From Phycisphaera mikurensis NBRC 102666 (lineage in GTDB: Bacteria > Planctomycetota > Phycisphaerae > Phycisphaerales > Phycisphaeraceae), in contig NC_017080.1 of assembly GCF_000284115.1 (NCBI RefSeq), positions 1,530,001-1,562,000 on the forward strand: 32,000 nt of DNA, given 5' to 3'. Below are positions 23,501 to 31,128 of the stretch, piece after piece (the first letter of the stretch is position 1; each line of letters opens with the position of its first letter). The notes beneath the pieces were generated by a model. That model was not told where the DNA came from and did not search any database. It worked only from the letters and a program-made list of their open reading frames with translations. The position numbers were made by a program, and so were the translations under genes.

Positions 23501-23520
23501 CCGCGGACCGTCGCGGTTTT
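23501..23520 (+). terminator. Short hairpin plus T-tract after trkH; shares the family X 13-mer
   Basis: CCGCG-GACCGT-CGCGG is followed by TTTT, 39 nt after the trkH stop. CCGCGGACCGTCG (23501-23513) is identical to the arm of the 26941 repeat. Confidence 0.4.
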
Positions 23521-23549
23521 CGCCTCCAGAGCCCCGCGATCCGCGGCGC

Positions 23550-23555
23550 TACCGT
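23550..23555 (+). promoter_or_regulatory. -10-like hexamer TACCGT, 6 nt upstream of the DUF427 GTG (leaderless candidate)
   Basis: The plus strand reads GCGCTACCGT-CCCGCC-GTG. Confidence 0.4.
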
Positions 23556-23561
23556 CCCGCC

Positions 23562-24059
23562 GTGCAGCGCCCGACACCCCAACCGCCCGGGCCGGGGCAG
23601 GAATCGGCTTGGGACTACCCGCGCCCGCCGCGGCTGGAGCCCGTCGGCGAGCGGCTGCGGATCGAGTTCAACGGCGTGGCCATCGCCGACACCACCGCCG
23701 GCCACCGCGTGCTGGAGACGTCGCACCCGCCGGTCTACTACTTCCCGCCGCGGGACCTCCTGCCCGCGTCGATCGTCGACGCCGGCGGCGGCAGCTTCTG
23801 CGAGTGGAAGGGCCGGGCGTGCTACCACGACGTGGTCGTCGGCGACCGCCGGCTCGAACGCGTCGCGTGGAGCTACCCCAACCCGACGGACCGTTTCGCG
23901 GCCATCGCCGGGCACCTCGCCTTCTACTGCGGGCCGATGGACGGCTGCTACGTCGGGAGCGAGCGGGCGACGCCGCAGCCCGGCGGCTTCTACGGCGGCT
24001 GGGTGACGTCGAGGGTCGTCGGGCCCTTCAAAGGCGAGCCCGGCACGGAGGGCTGGTGA
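23562..24059 (+). CDS. DUF427 domain protein
   Basis: ESAWDYPRPPRLEPV, SHPPVYYFPPRDL, CEWKGRACYHDV and FYGGWVT are typical DUF427 blocks. Confidence 0.75.
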   Translation: MQRPTPQPPGPGQESAWDYPRPPRLEPVGERLRIEFNGVAIADTTAGHRVLETSHPPVYYFPPRDLLPASIVDAGGGSFCEWKGRACYHDVVVGDRRLERVAWSYPNPTDRFAAIAGHLAFYCGPMDGCYVGSERATPQPGGFYGGWVTSRVVGPFKGEPGTEGW

Positions 24060-24123
24060 GGGCGCGGGCGACGCCGTCGGCCCGAGCCGGGCCCGCGGCC
24101 CGCGGCCCGGCCCGCGGCGCGGC

Positions 24124-24429
24124 TTAGATCTCGTGGAACGCGGTCTCAAGCAGCCGCGTCTTCTTCCGCGTCGCCCGCCGCCGGCGCGGGTCGCGGCCGA
24201 CCCGCATCGTCACGAGCTCGCAGCGCTGGCAGCGCCAGGCCGGCAGCCGGTTCGCCTTGAGGATCGCCGAGGTGCCCGGGATGGCCTCCGCGAAATCGGA
24301 AGGGCCTTCCGCGTTCCGCAACCACAGCAGCCCCTCGCTCACCGCCACGAAGCCGGCTTGCTGCCACCCGTCGCAGCTGGGGCACCGCAGCGCCTCCTCC
24401 TCGTCCGCGGGTGCATGGGGATCGCTCAC
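24124..24429 (-). CDS. Small zinc-ribbon-like hypothetical protein (101 aa)
   Basis: GTG at 24429 gives VSDPHAPADEEEALRCPSCDGW...WRCQRCELV (two CxxC pairs) with a basic tail. The ORF upstream of 24429 would overlap the GS-like gene and is rejected. Confidence 0.55.
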   Translation of the reverse strand: MSDPHAPADEEEALRCPSCDGWQQAGFVAVSEGLLWLRNAEGPSDFAEAIPGTSAILKANRLPAWRCQRCELVTMRVGRDPRRRRATRKKTRLLETAFHEI

Positions 24430-24434
24430 GGGCG

Positions 24435-24440
24435 AGGGTA
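24435..24440 (-). promoter_or_regulatory. -10-like hexamer TACCCT, 5 nt upstream of the GTG at 24429 (leaderless candidate)
   Basis: The minus strand reads GGACCTACCCT-CGCCC-GTG. Confidence 0.35.
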
Positions 24441-24500
24441 GGTCCGGATCGCCCGGCGGTACGGATCGCGGGGCGGCGCAAAATGGCTCCGCGGTGCGGA

Positions 24501-25913
24501 TCAGCCGGCGGCGGGCGCGGGTGCCCGCGGCGGGTCCACCGCGAAGAAGGCCCGCTCCCATCGCTTGTGGCCGAAGGCGAGGAAGGTCTGCTTGTAGCTG
24601 CCGAAGGCCAGCTCGCTGATCGGATCGGCCTCGAAGGCGTCGATGGCGTGCAGGAGGGTGGGCGGGAGCGTGTGGACGCCGCGGGCCCGGAGCTCCTGCT
24701 TGTCGAAGCGGTAGAGGTCGGTGTTGAAGGGGCTGCCGGGGTCGAGCCCCTGCTCGATGCCGTCGAGGCCGGCGTGGAGCATGAGGGCGGCGGCGAGGTG
24801 GGGGTTGACGCTGACGTCGACGGCCCGGTTCTCGATGCACGGGCGGTTGAGCGGGGCGCGGACCATCGCGCTGCGGTTGTTGTCGCCGTAGGCCTGGATC
24901 ACCGGGGCCCAGGAGAAGTCGCTCAGGGCGCCCTGCGCGATCAGGCCCTGGTAGCTGTTGTAAGCGGGGCAGCCGACGGCGGTGATCGCGGCGGCGTGCT
25001 TCAGCAGCCCGGCGGTGAAGTGGTACGCGGCGTCGGGCAGCGGGAGGCCGTGCGTGGCGGCGAGATCGCCGGTGCCGCGGGCTTCGCGGTCGAAGAGGTT
25101 GACACCGTTGCCATCGACGAGGCTCATGTTGAAGTGGGCCCCGCTGCGGAAATCGTCGGCGAAGGGCTTGGGCTCGAAGACCGCGACCGCCCCGATCGAA
25201 CGAGCGACCTCAGAAGCGAGGAAGCGGAAGAAGACGAGGCGATCGGCGGAGGTGAGCGCATCGGCGTGGCCGAAGTCGAACTCGTGCTGGCCGCGGCCGC
25301 ACTCCTGGTCGTAGGAGTACAGGCCCCAGCCCAAGTCCTCCAGGTGCCGGGCCATCGGCGCCAGGAAGGGGTCGCTCTCGACGGTGGCGCGCAGGTCGTA
25401 GCAGGCGTTGGGGCCCTCAAATCGCGTGCTCGTGATCGGCACGAGCCGTCCGGTTTCGGCGTCTTCCCGGAGCACGTAGAACTCCGGCTCGATGCCGAGG
25501 TGGAAGGTGAGGCCCATCGAGGCGGCGCGGTCGAGCGCGCGCTTCAGGATCCCCCGCGGGTCGCCAGCGAAGGGCGCGCCGTGGTGCCAGAGGTCGGCGT
25601 GCATCCAGGCTTTCTTCTTGTCCCACGGGCAGACCACCGCCGTGGCCGGGTCCGGAACGGCCGCGCACTCGTCCTCGTGCGGGCCGGCGAGGCCGAGGCC
25701 CTCGACGGCGCCGACGGTGTACAGCTCGGCCCCGCGGCAGAGCTTCTCGAAGCAGGAGATCGGCGTGACCTTCGCCTTGGGGTGGCCGTGGACGTCGGTC
25801 CACACGCCGAGCGCGTCGGCGACGCCGGCGGCGCGGAGCCTCTCCGCGGCCGCCGCGATGGCGGCTTCATCGAACGCGAAATCGGGCGGCAGCGGGGACT
25901 TGGCGGTGGGCAT
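24501..25913 (-). CDS. Glutamine synthetase family protein (GS-like gamma-glutamyl ligase, PuuA/GlnT-like)
   Basis: GS motifs are HLGIEPEFYV, FEPKPFADDFRSGAHFNMSL, YGDNNRSAMVRAP and IENRAVDVSVNPHLAAA. I prefer the ATG at 25913 (MPTAKS...). The 8 codons from 25937 have very low GC3 (ttt gtt gtt cga aga gat). Confidence 0.85.
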   Translation of the reverse strand: MPTAKSPLPPDFAFDEAAIAAAAERLRAAGVADALGVWTDVHGHPKAKVTPISCFEKLCRGAELYTVGAVEGLGLAGPHEDECAAVPDPATAVVCPWDKKKAWMHADLWHHGAPFAGDPRGILKRALDRAASMGLTFHLGIEPEFYVLREDAETGRLVPITSTRFEGPNACYDLRATVESDPFLAPMARHLEDLGWGLYSYDQECGRGQHEFDFGHADALTSADRLVFFRFLASEVARSIGAVAVFEPKPFADDFRSGAHFNMSLVDGNGVNLFDREARGTGDLAATHGLPLPDAAYHFTAGLLKHAAAITAVGCPAYNSYQGLIAQGALSDFSWAPVIQAYGDNNRSAMVRAPLNRPCIENRAVDVSVNPHLAAALMLHAGLDGIEQGLDPGSPFNTDLYRFDKQELRARGVHTLPPTLLHAIDAFEADPISELAFGSYKQTFLAFGHKRWERAFFAVDPPRAPAPAAG

Positions 25914-25947
25914 GGCATCTCTTCGAACAACAAACATCTTCCGGGCC

Positions 25948-26829
25948 TCACGGTGTCTGCGACCTCCAGCGCTCCGCTGAAGGTGGCTGACACCTTTGCG
26001 CTTCGGCGTCGACCCCCAACGGCGCCGCTTCGGCCTTCGCCCTCTCCAGCACCGCCGCCAGCGCCTCCCCGCAGCGACGCAGCAACGCCTCCCCGTCGGC
26101 TGCGTTGGCGAGGGAGGGCGAGCCGGTCACCCCGTTCGTGCTGGTGACGCCGACCGGGTGCGAGAAGGCGCTGCCGACGGTGCGGTCGGGGTCGTCGGCT
26201 TTGGCCATCGCGTCGCGGTCGACGAGGTGGGGGCAGAGCAAGAGCAGGAGGTCGGTCTCGGCCTTGTTCGCGTGCAGGTCGGCGGCGTCCTCGCGGAACG
26301 TCCGCCAGATCTCCGGTGTCAGCGTGAAGGTCGCGTGCAGGCCCACGAGGAGCGCGCCGAGGTGCGTGGTCCGCAGCCGGTCGACCGCGACCCGCAGCGG
26401 GGCGTCGTTGCCCATGTGGCTGCTCACCAGGATCAGCCGGTCGAAGCCGGTGGCGAGCAGCCAGGCGGCGATCGACCCGACGGCGTCCGAGAGGTTCTGG
26501 TGGCCGAGCGAGACCGTCCCGGGCCAGCGCGGCGTGTGGCCGACGCTGCAGCCGATCGCCAGCGTGGGCAGCACGACGACGCCGGTGAGCGCCGAGGCGT
26601 AGGCGCAGACGGCCTCGCCGATGATCGTGTCGCAGCCGGTGGGCAGGTGCGGGCCGTGCTGCTCGGTCGCGGCGACCGGCAGCACGGCCAGCGTGTCGCC
26701 CGCGTCGCGGCGGGCGGCGAGGGCGGGCCAGGCGAGGTGCTCCCAGAGAACCGGAGCCCCGGGCACGAGCCGGCAGGCGGCGCGGAGGTGGCCGGGCAGG
26801 TGGGCAAGCTCGGGGCGATCGTCGGCCAC
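25948..26829 (-). CDS. Creatininase/ArfB/MftE-family amidohydrolase
   Basis: LAVLPVAATEQHGPHLPTGCDT and LILVSSHMGN are family blocks. The GTG at 26829 is preceded by the SD-like AGGAAGG 5 nt upstream. The ATG at 26940 would add low-GC3 codons and is not preferred. Confidence 0.75.
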   Translation of the reverse strand: MADDRPELAHLPGHLRAACRLVPGAPVLWEHLAWPALAARRDAGDTLAVLPVAATEQHGPHLPTGCDTIIGEAVCAYASALTGVVVLPTLAIGCSVGHTPRWPGTVSLGHQNLSDAVGSIAAWLLATGFDRLILVSSHMGNDAPLRVAVDRLRTTHLGALLVGLHATFTLTPEIWRTFREDAADLHANKAETDLLLLLCPHLVDRDAMAKADDPDRTVGSAFSHPVGVTSTNGVTGSPSLANAADGEALLRRCGEALAAVLERAKAEAAPLGVDAEAQRCQPPSAERWRSQTP

Positions 26830-26880
26830 GCCGCCCTTCCTGCAAGAGCCGGGCCGGAGCGGCGGAAGCCGCGGGAACGG

Positions 26881-26894
26881 ATGCGCGTGCGCAT
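26881..26894. promoter_or_regulatory. Operator-like inverted repeat ATGCGC-GT-GCGCAT in the divergent control region
   Basis: The 6+2+6 inverted repeat directly abuts the only AT-rich patch (GCATTTAAGAGGCAT, 26890-26904) between the creatininase-family and TIM-barrel genes. Confidence 0.35.
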
Positions 26895-26940
26895 TTAAGA
26901 GGCATCCTTGCTTGGGTGCGCAGGGAGCGTGCAGCCGCAT

Positions 26941-26986
26941 CCGCGGACCGTCGGGCGGATCGTCCGAATCGACCGACGGTCCGCGG
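26941..26986. repeat. Perfect 14-bp inverted repeat (family X hairpin) in the divergent control region / 5' leader
   Basis: CCGCGGACCGTCGG (26941-26954) and CCGACGGTCCGCGG (26973-26986) are exact reverse complements across an 18-nt loop, 36 nt upstream of the GTG at 27022. Confidence 0.85.
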
Positions 26987-27021
26987 ATTCTCGCTGGCAC
27001 GGCGCTTGCATCGACCGCGAC

Positions 27022-27891
27022 GTGGAGCTCAAGCTGCTGCGTTCGATGTGGGGGGCACCGGAGGATCCGGCGGCGCTCGTCGGGCACGTGGTCGGGATGG
27101 GGATGGACGGCGTCGAAGGGCCGCCGCCCCCGACGCCCGCTGCGCGGGCCGACCTCCGCCGCCGGCTCGACGACGCCGGGCTCGTGTTCGTCGCCGAAGC
27201 CTGCACGGGCCGGCCACGGGGCGACGAGCCCGCGGCGGAGCGGTGGTGGATGGCGGATCCCGGGGCTCCGCCGGAGCGTCACCTCGACGACCTCCGCCGG
27301 GTGGTCGACGGCGCCCTGGAGATGAACGCCCTGCTCGTGAGCGGGCTGACCGGCTTCGACGCCTGGCCGCTGCAGCGTTCGATCGACTTCCTCGGCGAGC
27401 TATCCGCTCTGGACGCCGGCATCCCCGCCACCGCTGAGACGCACCGCGGCCGCAGCCTCTTCAACCCCTGGGTGACCGACACCGTCCTCGCCGCGCTCCC
27501 GGGGCTGGAGCTGACGTGCGACTTCAGCCACTGGTGCGTGGTCGCCGAGCGGCTGATCGACTCGGAGCTGCCGAGCATCGAGCGGGCGGCCGCGCGATGT
27601 CGGCACCTCCACGGCCGCGTCGGCTGGGCGCAGTCTGCGCAAGTCGGTGACCCGCGCGACCCGGTCCACGCCGACGCGCTCGCCGCTCACGAGCGCTGGT
27701 GGGACCTGTGTTGGAGCGCCCAGGAAGCACGCGGCTTCAGCACCTCCACCATGACCCTCGAGTTCGGGCCCGACGGCTACACGCCGCTGCTGCCCTTCAC
27801 CCGCCAGCCGGTCAGCGACCTGAACGACGTCATCCGCTGGATGGCCGACCGGCAGCGCGGCCGCTTCGCCGCGCGAGGATCCACCCCATGA
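27022..27891 (+). CDS. Xylose-isomerase-like TIM-barrel protein
   Basis: GTG at 27022 gives VELKLLRSMWGAPED... Family-like blocks are AETHRGRSLF, TCDFSHWCVV, RHLHGRVGWAQSAQV and TLEFGPDGY. The stop overlaps the Rieske start (ATGA). The start is uncertain; the track gives TTG at 26908. Confidence 0.7.
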   Translation: MELKLLRSMWGAPEDPAALVGHVVGMGMDGVEGPPPPTPAARADLRRRLDDAGLVFVAEACTGRPRGDEPAAERWWMADPGAPPERHLDDLRRVVDGALEMNALLVSGLTGFDAWPLQRSIDFLGELSALDAGIPATAETHRGRSLFNPWVTDTVLAALPGLELTCDFSHWCVVAERLIDSELPSIERAAARCRHLHGRVGWAQSAQVGDPRDPVHADALAAHERWWDLCWSAQEARGFSTSTMTLEFGPDGYTPLLPFTRQPVSDLNDVIRWMADRQRGRFAARGSTP

Positions 27892-29090
27892 TCGAGACCC
27901 TGATCGACCAGATCGCCGCCACCGCCGCGCTCCCGCTGGAGCGGGCGCAGACGCTGCCCGCCGCCGTCTACACCGACCCTGACTGGCACGCCTTCGAGCG
28001 GGACGCGCTGCTGCCCAAGGAATGGCTCTCGGTCGCGCACGTCTCGCAGGTGCCCCACGCCGGCGACTTCCTCCGCCTCGACGTGCTCGGTGAACCGATG
28101 CTCGTCGTCCGTGGGAAAGACGGCGTGGTCCGCGTGCTGTCCCGCGTGTGCCGCCACCGCGGGATGGACCTGATGCCCGCCGGCCACGGCTACGCCGACG
28201 CCGGCAACGAGCGGACGCTGCTGTGCCCGTATCACTACTGGAGCTACGACCTCAACGGCAAGCTCAAGGGCGCGCCGGAGATGCAGAAAGCCGAAGGCTT
28301 CGACCGCTCGGAGGTGTGCCTGCACGAGCACCGCAGCGAGATCTTCGAGGGCTTCGTCTTCGTGACGCAGGACCGCGAAGCTCCGCCGGTGGCCGAGAAG
28401 CTGGCCGGGCTCCGCGACCGGTTCATCGGCCGCTGGGGGCTCGGCGACGCCGAAGTCGTCTACGAGAAGCATTGGGAGTCGGCCTTCGACTGGAAGCTGC
28501 TCGTCGAGAACTTCATGGAGCCCTACCACCACATGGGCAGCCACCGCGACACGCTCCAGCCGATCATGCCGGCGCACGGCTGCTGGACCGAGCCCGAGGA
28601 CCCGGATTGGGTCGCGTGCCACCTGCCGCTGTCGAAGAAGCTGCAGGAGGAGGCCGACCGCAACGGCCGGCTCGCCGGCTTCACGCCCTTCCCCGGACTC
28701 GAGCCCGACGACCACAAGCAGTGGTGGGTCTTCCTGGGGCACCCGACCTTCCTGCTGTTCGTCGGGCCCAATGAAGTCTTCTGGTACCGGCTGCTCCCGA
28801 CCGGCCCGGGCACGTGCTCGCTTCTGACGACGCTGCTGGTGTCCGGTGAGGCGAAGCAGGCGGAGGACTATGCGGCCTCGTTTGCCGCCGACACGAAGCT
28901 GATCGTCGACGTCCACCTGGAGGACGTGGAGGCGCTGGAGGGCATGCAGCGGGGGGCGGCGAGCGTGGGCTGCGCCCCCGGCCGGCTCTCGCACCTGGAA
29001 GAGCCGATCCACCACTTCCAGCGCTGGCTGGCGCGGGCGGCGGAGCGGGCGATGTCGGGGCAGGGGGTGACGGTGGGCGCGACGGGATGA
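27888..29090 (+). CDS. Rieske [2Fe-2S] / mononuclear-iron oxygenase alpha subunit (GbcA/CntA-like class)
   Basis: The Rieske ligands are CRHRG...(22 residues)...CPYHYW. The catalytic-domain motif is ENFMEPYHHMGSHRD. ATG at 27888 gives MIETLIDQ..., 400 aa. The gene has ATGA overlaps on both sides. Confidence 0.85.
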   Translation: MIETLIDQIAATAALPLERAQTLPAAVYTDPDWHAFERDALLPKEWLSVAHVSQVPHAGDFLRLDVLGEPMLVVRGKDGVVRVLSRVCRHRGMDLMPAGHGYADAGNERTLLCPYHYWSYDLNGKLKGAPEMQKAEGFDRSEVCLHEHRSEIFEGFVFVTQDREAPPVAEKLAGLRDRFIGRWGLGDAEVVYEKHWESAFDWKLLVENFMEPYHHMGSHRDTLQPIMPAHGCWTEPEDPDWVACHLPLSKKLQEEADRNGRLAGFTPFPGLEPDDHKQWWVFLGHPTFLLFVGPNEVFWYRLLPTGPGTCSLLTTLLVSGEAKQAEDYAASFAADTKLIVDVHLEDVEALEGMQRGAASVGCAPGRLSHLEEPIHHFQRWLARAAERAMSGQGVTVGATG

Positions 29091-29782
29091 GCGATGGCGT
29101 CCTCCCGGAGATGGCGCGGATCGAGCCGGGCCGCTTCCTGATGGGTGCGACGGAGAACGACCGCTTCGCATCCGTGCTGGAGCTGCCGCGGCACGAGGTG
29201 GAGATCCCGCGAGCGTTCGAGATCGCGACAACACCGGTCACGCGGGCGGCCTGGGCGGCTTACGCGGGCGACGTCGGGGCCGACGATCGGCCGGTGATGG
29301 GCGTCAGCCGGGAGGACGCCGAAAGCTACCTCGACTGGCTCTCGGCGGAGACGGGGCTCACGCTGCGGCTGCCGTCCGAGGCGGAGTGGGAGTACGCGGC
29401 CCGGGCGGGCACCACCGGCGCCTTCCACACCGGCGACGACCTGACCCCGCGGCAGGCGAACTACCTCTACGACGAGCGGGCCCGGCGGGTGGGGCCGGGG
29501 CACCCGACCCCGGTGCGGGCGTACCCGCCGAATCCGTGGGGCCTCTTCGACACGCTCGGGAGCGTCGCGGAGTGGGTCGCCGACGACTGGCACCGCGGGT
29601 ACGGCGGGGGGCCGGGCGACGGCTCGGCGTGGGTCGAGGCGCCGCGGTCGCGCGTCGGCGTCGTCCGCGGCGGCGCTTGGGATCTGCTCCCGCGGCTGTG
29701 CCGGTGCGCGTACCGGGACGCGCTGGAGGTGGACGCGCGGATCGACAACGTCGGGTTCCGCTTCGTCTCGGTGCGGGGCTGA
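29087..29782 (+). CDS. Formylglycine-generating-enzyme (SUMF1/EgtB-C) fold protein, short form
   Basis: FGE-sulfatase-domain blocks are [49 protein letters not shown] and NVGFRFV. The product is 231 aa. Confidence 0.8.
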   Translation: MSDGVLPEMARIEPGRFLMGATENDRFASVLELPRHEVEIPRAFEIATTPVTRAAWAAYAGDVGADDRPVMGVSREDAESYLDWLSAETGLTLRLPSEAEWEYAARAGTTGAFHTGDDLTPRQANYLYDERARRVGPGHPTPVRAYPPNPWGLFDTLGSVAEWVADDWHRGYGGGPGDGSAWVEAPRSRVGVVRGGAWDLLPRLCRCAYRDALEVDARIDNVGFRFVSVRG

Positions 29783-29854
29783 CACGCCGTGGCAGCCTTC
29801 GCTTGGGCCTGCCCCCCCGGCTTCGCCGGTCGTGGCTGCCGGGGCCCGGCAGCC
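29776..29854. repeat. Family Y repeat copy (inverted orientation) plus a 21-nt palindrome
   Basis: 29776-29798 (GGGCTGACACGCCGTGGCAGCCT) is the exact reverse complement of 5782-5804. GGCTGCCGGG-G-CCCGGCAGCC lies at 29834-29854. The repeat overlaps the TGA of the FGE-like gene. Confidence 0.8.
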
Positions 29855-29894
29855 CCACAGGGGCAGATGCGCGCTCTGCACGCACGATAGATAC

Positions 29895-29906
29895 ACGTGC
29901 GCACGT
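29895..29906. promoter_or_regulatory. Perfect 12-bp palindrome ACGTGCGCACGT upstream of the SBP gene
   Basis: It lies in the least GC-rich patch (CACGATAGATACACGTGCGCACGTAGC), 100 nt upstream of the ATG at 30006. It shares the GTGCGCA core with the 26881 repeat, and GATGCGCG recurs at about 29866. Confidence 0.35.
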
Positions 29907-30005
29907 AGCGGGCAGGTGAAACCGCCGGGAGGCGGCTTCGCTGCGCGGCACGCCGCTTGCACCGTCACGCGTGGAACTTCCCCGCCCGCTCCCGGACCTC
30001 CCACG

Positions 30006-31025
30006 ATGCTCACCCGCCGCCGCCTGACCGCCACCCTTGCCCGCCTCGCCGCCGCCGCGACGATCGCCGGCTCCCTCGTCCTGCCCGTTGCCTCGGCTTC
30101 CGCCCAGAACGAGCCGCTGAAGATCGGCTACAGCGACTGGCCCGGCTGGGTTGCCTGGGAGATCGGCATCCAGAAGGGCTGGTTCGAGGAGGCCGACGTC
30201 GACGTCGACTTCCTTTGGTTCGACTACGTCGCCTCCATGGACGCCTACGTGGCCGGTCGGGTCGACGCCGTGGCCATGACCAACGGCGACGCGCTGGTCA
30301 CCGGCGGCACGGGCAAGCCGTCGGTCACGATCCTCATCAACGACTACTCCAACGGCAACGACATGCTCGTCGTGAAGCCCGAGGTGAAGACGGTCGCCGG
30401 CCTGAAGGGCAAGAAGATCGGCGCCGAGCTGGGCTTCGTCGGGCACCTGCTCGCGATCACCGGGCTGGAGATGGCCGGCCTCAGCGCCGACGACGTCGAG
30501 TTCGTCGACACGCCCACCGACCAGACCGCCTCCGTGCTCGCCAACGGCGACGTTTCCGCCATCGCCGCCTGGCAGCCGAACTCCGGCGAAGCGTTGAAGG
30601 CCGTCGAGGGCGCCCGCGCGCTGTTCACCTCGGCCGATGCGCCCGGCATCATCTACGACGTCCTCGCCGTGTCGCCCGAGAGCCTGGAGTCCCGCCGCGA
30701 CGACTGGATGAAGGTCATCGGCGTGTGGTACCGCATCGTCGAGTACCTCAAGGACGAGGACAACATGGACGACGCGCTCGCCATTCTCGCCGCCCGCGTA
30801 AACGTGACGCCCCGCGAGTACGAGCCCTTCTTCGAGGGCACGTACATCCTGACGCTGGACGAGGCGATGGAGCGCTGGGAAGAGGGCGACGGCCTCGGCT
30901 CGATCTACGGGTCCACCGCGTACGTCAACGCCTTCAACGTGGAGCAGGGCGTGTACGACAAGCCGCTGGACGTGTCGGCGTACCTGGATCCGTCGCTGAT
31001 GGAGGCGTTCGCGGAGATGGATTGA
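30006..31025 (+). CDS. ABC transporter substrate-binding protein, NitT/TauT (NMT1-like) family
   Basis: The signal is [93 protein letters not shown] is typical of the family. The start is the ATG at 30006 within the track ORF 29832-31025. Confidence 0.85.
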   Translation: MLTRRRLTATLARLAAAATIAGSLVLPVASASAQNEPLKIGYSDWPGWVAWEIGIQKGWFEEADVDVDFLWFDYVASMDAYVAGRVDAVAMTNGDALVTGGTGKPSVTILINDYSNGNDMLVVKPEVKTVAGLKGKKIGAELGFVGHLLAITGLEMAGLSADDVEFVDTPTDQTASVLANGDVSAIAAWQPNSGEALKAVEGARALFTSADAPGIIYDVLAVSPESLESRRDDWMKVIGVWYRIVEYLKDEDNMDDALAILAARVNVTPREYEPFFEGTYILTLDEAMERWEEGDGLGSIYGSTAYVNAFNVEQGVYDKPLDVSAYLDPSLMEAFAEMD

Positions 31026-31059
31026 GCTTCCGATGCCGCTCGCGGACCGAAGACGGGTT

Positions 31060-31092
31060 CAGCCACCTTTTCCGAGGCGGAAAAGGTGGCTG
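31060..31092. repeat. Perfect 14-bp hairpin between the SBP and permease genes
   Basis: CAGCCACCTTTTCC (31060-31073) and GGAAAAGGTGGCTG (31079-31092) are exact reverse complements across a 5-nt loop, 35 nt after the SBP stop. Confidence 0.85.
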
Positions 31093-31128
31093 GCCCCATG
31101 AGGATTGACGGACGATGGGTTTCTCGAC

